Below are positions 58,401 through 64,000 of a stretch of DNA of 64,000 nucleotides, piece after piece. Within the stretch, counting starts at the first letter, position 1. Each line of letters starts with the position of its first letter. The stretch is from contig JAUCBJ010006844.1 of the NCBI GenBank assembly GCA_032718475.1, positions 39,006-103,005 on the forward strand. Direction: 5' to 3'. A program made the translations under genes and the position numbers. Source of the stretch: Nemertoderma westbladi (Eukaryota; Animalia; Xenacoelomorpha). The notes beneath the pieces were generated by a model that was not told where the DNA came from, made no database searches, and saw nothing but the letters and a program-made list of their open reading frames with translations.

Positions 58401-59863
58401 GTTATCAGGAGCATGAAGAAACCAACAAGCAGATGCTGAGACTCCTGCAATGCGATGAAGATTCCGATAAGTATTTCCTGTTGTTGTTGAGAAATCCACA
58501 GATGCGCTTAAGGGATCGCTTCTCTAGCACAATGATAGATGGGTCGATACGTGTTGGAGGAAGGTTAACGAATGCACCATTATCCTTTGACACTAAGTTC
58601 CCCATACTCATTAGAAATCTTGAAATACAAGTCAAGATGATTGTAGATGTTCACAGCAAACTTTATCATGCTGGTAGAGAACAAGTTCTTAGCGAAATTC
58701 GAACTCGCTATTATTTTTATAAACCCCGTAGAGCTCTGAACCAAGTTCTTAGGAACTGTATACCCTGTAGGAAAGCATTCAGTAGGCCTTTAACACAGCG
58801 AGAGGCAGAATTACCTAGGGAACGAGTAAGCTTCTATGAACCACCCTTTACTAATACCGGTGTGGATTTATTTGGCCCTATTGAAGTATATCGTGCTAGG
58901 ACTATAGTCAAGAGATGGTGTGTAATCTTTGTTTGTATGACTTGTAGAGCTATCCATCTCGATATGGTGAACGATTTATCGACCAACAGCTTCCTATTAA
59001 GCTTACGACGGCAGATCGCTCGCTTTGGCACTAGTAACACGATGAGATTGGATAAGGGAACTAACTTCATTGGTGCCAACAATGAAATCAAAGCTTACGT
59101 CAAAGATTGGAATCAAAGACAGGTGGACAATCAGCTACGAGTGACAGTGTCTAGCTGGACCTTCAACGCCGCCGACGCCCCTTGGTGGGGAGGAAGTTGG
59201 GAGAGATTAATAAGAAGTGTGAAGACAGCATTTCACTTTATAGTGCCTTGCCGCGCGTATCTCACCGACGAACTTTTGCGGACGTTAATGGAGGAAATCG
59301 CCGCCTATCTCAACGAGAGACCTCTCATGCCAGTCTCATCTAGTCCCGATTCCCTGGAAGCGCTAACACCCGCACACTTCCTACTGAAGAAACCTGTAGC
59401 CATGCTCCCACAATCGGAAATCACAGACGGAGACGAATACTGCCGGCAAACTTGGCAACTCATGCAGTTGTTATCCCGTCGTTTCGCTGATCATTTCGAA
59501 AAACATTATCTGCCCACGCTACAACTTCGAACTAAGTGGTTTGCGCAGCAAGAAAATGTCAGCGCTGGAGACATGGTTCTTATTGTGGATGTAGATCTTC
59601 CACGTAAGAGGTGGCAGGCAGGTCGTATCATCGAGACCCACATCTCTGATGATGGTTTGGTGCGATCGGTAGAACTCATCGTCATGCGACGTAACTTCAA
59701 GAAACCGGGAATTGTCTTCGAGACGCAGCAGCTCAACCGCCCGGTGGGACGCTTATGTTTACTGGAAAGAGACAGAGAACTCTCCGGAAACTATGGGAGG
59801 CAAGATACTCTTCCCACGACCACCTCCCTAATCCAACAAACATCTAGGGACTCCCCAATTTAA
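55433..59863 (+). CDS. pol: pol of element B (protease, RT, RNase H, integrase)
   Basis: LDSGS, YYLTHH, YMDD, FGDAS, PRAELKAA, NPADIASR, VDLFGP, DKGTNF, WERLIRSVK. Confidence 0.95.
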   Translation: MVQVRVHGPKRSYVVNALLDSGSTGTFIDKELAEDIFAGQPKFRTKLNMSGIMQVWKSTVTADYYVGALSTPQDELGEHSIRSVKMVAIKNFATTQVEPYNWDEDDFAQQMEIPRFNTDYPGVQILIGQNAHEALETLEKRPAQPQPLQPYAVRTRVGWYFTGPSRRTLMERLPKDQVYQVREWKVENSELDDPTEGTPYSSDNDDIHQLFDEENAIDLLKENETWQNQVNLCQLLLPSDRDDYNDELNDVIERYNAKTRDEHAVRFFTQEAVEPNSYDKALSVEEERAKQIQATTTRFLKDQGRYEIGLPFRKREPKFINNRPLAEKRIAQLHRRLTANSSAKEMYQTQLKKFINKGYAELVPEETPITERTYYLTHHYVPKPGKPHEVRVVFDGSALYMGQSLNSELLPGPNLLQSLLGILLRLRQYSIAFASDIEGMFLQVKALDRDRDSLRFLWWPEGDLNQKPVEYWMTIQAFGIISSPSNACSVVRTTADDNRDAFSKEVIDNIKRDIYMDDNLKSLPSVAEAIEVAKGTVECLKKGGFRLTKFTSNSREFLESIPVEDRGTKDLDLIKDDLPETKTLGLKWDTERDILFFQLKQRDNPVRTKRICLSILSTYFDPLGFISPVILIARSLVQQMWLENHSWDDPLKGELLKKWMKWEDSLPAIENFIISRSYFGHVLPTYSYQLHVFGDASDMGIGIVAYLRVETPDGIKVALVTSKALINNKLKVPRAELKAALYATAIGRNVTEQIDYPLEKTVYWTDALLVLEYITNEVCQFSVFVTNRVAIILSRTMMDQWRHCPGTINPADIASRGATPQELVDTPDWLGGPDFLYKEEEEWPPHLTTAEIRQAKGAEKVKLKTRASKSKLFKPMVDLSVLHTSGDDASDQKPTATNKLVVEIREKDWKSGIPDVSQGLSPLLQRAIHHYSSWNRLCKAVTYLKRCFHHHYSGTKAKGDTAPITSVQVHVIKDLPNYKIPDKFLKEKISYQEHEETNKQMLRLLQCDEDSDKYFLLLLRNPQMRLRDRFSSTMIDGSIRVGGRLTNAPLSFDTKFPILIRNLEIQVKMIVDVHSKLYHAGREQVLSEIRTRYYFYKPRRALNQVLRNCIPCRKAFSRPLTQREAELPRERVSFYEPPFTNTGVDLFGPIEVYRARTIVKRWCVIFVCMTCRAIHLDMVNDLSTNSFLLSLRRQIARFGTSNTMRLDKGTNFIGANNEIKAYVKDWNQRQVDNQLRVTVSSWTFNAADAPWWGGSWERLIRSVKTAFHFIVPCRAYLTDELLRTLMEEIAAYLNERPLMPVSSSPDSLEALTPAHFLLKKPVAMLPQSEITDGDEYCRQTWQLMQLLSRRFADHFEKHYLPTLQLRTKWFAQQENVSAGDMVLIVDVDLPRKRWQAGRIIETHISDDGLVRSVELIVMRRNFKKPGIVFETQQLNRPVGRLCLLERDRELSGNYGRQDTLPTTTSLIQQTSRDSPI

Positions 59864-61494
59864 CAACGGCTGGAGTGGGTGTATGACTATATTTTATATT
59901 TGTCTTATTATTTTATATTTATGTATGTATTATTATGTAATTTTATTATAATCGTTTTATTTAATTTTATTTAGTAGAATATTATTTTAGCGATTATTTA
60001 GTAGATTAGTGCAATATATATTCACGTTCATTACGTAATTACTTATATTATATATTTAGTGCGACGGCGAGAAATAATTCTTTTCTTTTTCCTTACTGCC
60101 CGTATTATATTACGAATACGTAACTACAGTAAGATGAAATGTCCGTACTTATTAAAGTACAATAAAGCCACTACTATATTCAAGTATTATTGGTAGGCAG
60201 AGTATTAGGAATGCAAAGTTCAGATCCTCGTGTCTCGGCTAAACCAAGCTCTGGGTAGACCTTGGAAACGACTTGCCTCTTCACACTGACATTGCTTCGT
60301 GCGATATTGCTCTCATACCGTATATTAAATAATACATATAGTAGCGTGATGTCCCTTTAACAGTAGCGTATAACGCAAAATAAATCTGTTAAACCCTTTT
60401 GACCATCTGCAATTCTAGTCGATTAAGATATCGCGGCACCCACCGATATACTTGAAAGACAAAACTCTAGAATCAGTGGTTAACGTCCCCAGACAAGTTC
60501 TGGAATAAACTGGTGCCCATACTAAATATTAATCATTAATATTTACAAAATCTGTCAAATATCAGATCCTTTAAAATTCTAGTCGATTAAGATATCGTAG
60601 CACTTACCGATACTCTTAAAAAGACAAAATTCCTAGAATCAAGGATCCAAGTCCCCAGACACGTTCTGTAATGAAATTGCGTCTATTTAACATTAAATAA
60701 TAAAATTTACGGGAATAAATTTAAATTCAGATATTTCAATGAATTTAATAAATTGTCATTTTATACAATTTATAACATTCCCAAAATTCCATTAATTAAT
60801 AGATCATGGGAGCGGAGATTCACTCTATTAAGTGTATTTGTGTGTGAGAATCTCCAATATATAGTCAATAGCCGATAAAATTCATAGAATCATGTATAAA
60901 GGGGATATTGACCATTAAAGAATTACTATTAAATAGCATCCCAGATCTGTATGCATGAGAGTTACCCTAATTCTACCGCTAGCTTTCCATAATGTCACCA
61001 TGGCAACAACCACGCTAGAATTAGAAGTGAGTTAAAAGAACAATAGAAAGCTTGCCCCATTCAATAGCATAGGGAATAAGTAGCGCACTGCTAGTATCCA
61101 AGGATACATAATAAATACAGTGACATTCTGGAAGGTACTGACTAACGGACAAATGGCCCGAATGTGTGCAGTTATGGCAGTTGTGTGGAATTTGTGCGTT
61201 TGTAGGTGAATGTTACTACTAAGGTGTGTTTACAGTAGCGAGTCGCAATCGTGAAAGTAGCCCTAACTCTCCAGAAAGAACCTGAAGTACATCTAAGCCT
61301 TTGGGACGGACAGTGGAGTGACTTGTGCCGGTTATCGTTGTCGTTGTGTAGCTACATCGTTGGCGAAAGCACAGCGACGACGGTACATCGGCGCTGAGGA
61401 TCTTACACTGTCCGGGGGCAAAAGAGGGGTAGGCAGCGACGCCCGCTAGCCTAATATATAAACTCATTATAATACTGATAAACTCATAGCAGAT

Positions 61495-64000
61495 ATGACT
61501 GAGTTGATAGAAGATGATCTTGGCATCAGGGAACGATATACTCTACCTTTACAAGCGTTTGTCGATAGCTTGATACGCGGTGACGCTGGTCCAACTACTA
61601 CGGAGGATGATGGTCGTTATATCGAACCGCCAATGTCCCCGGAGCAACTTACGCGTGAATTGGACTATAGAAAGTTCACAGCTCGCTATACGCATCGTAA
61701 TGGTATGTATATGGACTTCTTAACTACCGGCCATCCTATCGATTTACACGATACGGACGATGTGGATACCGAAAGGGAACTGGTTTTATTCAAATATCAT
61801 ATCCAGCGGAGTCGGAACGATAAACCGAGAATAGAACACGAGAACTCTATTCGAAACAGACTCGAAAGGGAAGACGTTGAAGAGCCGGATAAACGCAGCG
61901 ACTTCAACGATTATCTGGAATTCTTGAGAGAGACATACCTCAATATTGCCAGTCAACAAAATCTCGAAACTCGATATCCTCAAGGTATACATCATGATCC
62001 TATGATAGAACTCAAACGACTCTATTTCACTATGATGTATCTTACCGCCGATCGACCGCTACCTGTCGTCCCAGATAGCTTCGAACAGATGGAGGAATAT
62101 TGTAAAACTGGAGAACGATCACCCGCGTTTCCCCTGCAGGATGTGCGTCTTTGGTATTACTGCGACGAATGCCCTAGACCCAATCAGCAAACGGAGAGAC
62201 ATAAACATCCGCGGAGACGTTGCGCTAAACACAGTTTTACACGATATACTTATGGGAGTTTCGAGCGAAACCTGTTCGATGTATCCCCTACGGTCGCTCG
62301 ACTCAAACGATCCTTGAACAAGCCGATGATCAGAGTTCCGGAATACTCGGTCAGACCTCTGCATTCCTCAGTTAGACCTCAAACTCTTGATCCTAATAGC
62401 ATCACTGATCCTGCCGAACTGTACTCACTGTTCAAAGATTTAGTGTTACCAGAACAGTTGATCGGTGGCACTCCGGTAGTAGGCTCACTAGATATTCGCC
62501 AACCCTACCTAGCTGGATTGGGGCGCGGTCATCTAATATCGCCGTTTAACCCATACAACCGTCCCGGCTTCACCTCGATCCCACCCGTTACGGAGGTCGA
62601 AGAGAGTGTCGTACGAAACGCATTAGAAGCTATTCGGCAGAAAATCGGAAAAGGAACGTACGATTGTTTGGAGAAACGTAAATTGCAACAACAAGTCCAA
62701 GCGGTGAAGGAATTAGCTTTACCCCAGTTCGATAGAGAAATACAAAATCTCGAGGAGGACATCGAACGTGGACGAACCTACTCTTTACAAGAGTTCCTAG
62801 ATGAGCGGCTACAACAACGAGCGGAGGAGAATCAGCTCGAGGAGAGACATATGGAACTGGATGAGAGAGAAGAGGCAGCTTTAGCCCAACCCGAAGCGCA
62901 AATCCTTATGACGGATCTCTACTCTAAAAACATCCTTCATCCCTCGATAGTTCCTCATTTTGGCGACAAGCTTTTTGCGACGGCACAACCCCAACCAGTT
63001 GATATCAACCTAAGATCTCGAGATCTTATCGCTGATGCTCCCATGTTGCAGCATCCGCCCATCGAAGCCGCTCGTGTCGATGGTATACTCGTTGAACCTC
63101 CGGACAATAGAGCGGATCTTGTCCGTCGCATGGTACACGATGTAAACATACGCGCTAGACCTTTACCGGACTCGTTTTATGGGATCAAAGATCACCCTTA
63201 TTACGTCAATCTAAAACAATATTATATGGTAAAACCGGAAGATCCTACACATAGTCTGAAGTTTCTACCGCTAATAAATCCTCTCGATCTTGTCGAACTC
63301 GAACAGCTGCAGAAACATCTGGATCAGTTAGTTAAAGTAAACTCATTTCGAAAACCATATAATGTTTCCAGAATAGAGAAAGAAACAATACCTCCGTATA
63401 ATCTTGACGGATTCATCAAAACTCGTTTAGTGCACTGGAATCTTGATGTGTTATTCGAGGAGGAAAGAATACAACGATATGGAGATGTGGAAACATATAC
63501 CACGCAATATTTAAAGTATAGAGACCTCCCTAATGCTAGCGAATGCGCTACCTTGTGGCATCCTGTGGGAATGACACTCGAAAACGCCACAAAAGAGTGG
63601 AACGAAACTCTTAACGTTATCGAGATGTATGGAGTTGTCACTTACGATAACGAAGGTAGCGTTCCGGTTGGAGAACTTGGAACTACGCGGATGATACACA
63701 TATGAGGACTCGCTGGTTCTACCCACGTATTTACTCGAGCGTGTTCCGACGTGATTGATTATTCTTTTGAAACTCTTACTGAGACACAAAAGAAACTCCG
63801 ACATGGACAATTCGAACTCGCGCAGCGTTACGTCACCGACACCGAGCGCAAACCGGCCATGGGTATCGATGGATCGATGTTACCCCAACCCGTGCTCGAG
63901 ATGTTGTTTAACGAAAGAATCCTTAAAATCGGCTCAGCTGTTTATGGAGACCTACAGAACGACTTTCGGAATATGGAGAACATTCCATACCCCTTCGTTG
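61495..64000 (+). CDS. ORF3 of element B: CxxC...CxxH module plus DEDDy exonuclease; in-frame TGA at 63703-63705, reading frame continues to window end
   Basis: YDNEG...MIHI*GLAGSTHVF...MLPQPVLEMLFNERILKIGSAVYGDLQNDF...PFV aligns with element A ORF3 across both of its pieces. Confidence 0.87.

Larger units (their letters stand above)
47467..64000 (+). mobile_element. Element B: second large BEL/Pao LTR retrotransposon with the same extra ORF3; 3' end outside window
   Basis: TGT-starting LTR-like region, long leader, gag-pol with BEL motifs, ORF3 homologous to that of element A. Confidence 0.92.

Noticed and set aside
59880-61490. 3' LTR of element B starting at the TGT after pol
   Set aside because: No similarity to the 5' LTR region at 47467, and ORF3 lies downstream as in element A.

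Overview
Repeat-dense, gene-free eukaryotic (invertebrate-like) DNA made almost entirely of transposable elements and a satellite. It contains: (A) a very large (>17.6 kb), young BEL/Pao LTR retrotransposon on the - strand (1-17621); RTE-LINE relics and an LTR relic (17.6-20.2 kb); a hAT-type DNA transposon with long TIRs, a 9-bp TSD and an internally duplicated transposase (20985-25443); a ~15-kb array of a 52-bp satellite (26136-41050); L2 and RTE LINE copies (41.3-46.9 kb); and (B) a second, divergent large BEL/Pao element on the + strand (47467 to beyond 64000). Main result: both BEL/Pao elements carry, in the env position after pol, a homologous large extra ORF (about 1235 aa when repaired in A). 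It has a CxxC...CxxH N-terminal module, a WRN/EXD-type DEDDy 3'-5' exonuclease domain and, visible in A, three CCHC zinc knuckles. Element A also carries eight dispersed copies of a conserved 16-nt hairpin (CARACC-YGYG-GGUYUG on the sense strand) in all three reading frames and in UTRs. Both elements show an excess of sense-strand 5' splice-site (GGTAAG) motifs in gag-pol. Domain calls come from motif recognition by eye, not from database searches, and counts are manual.
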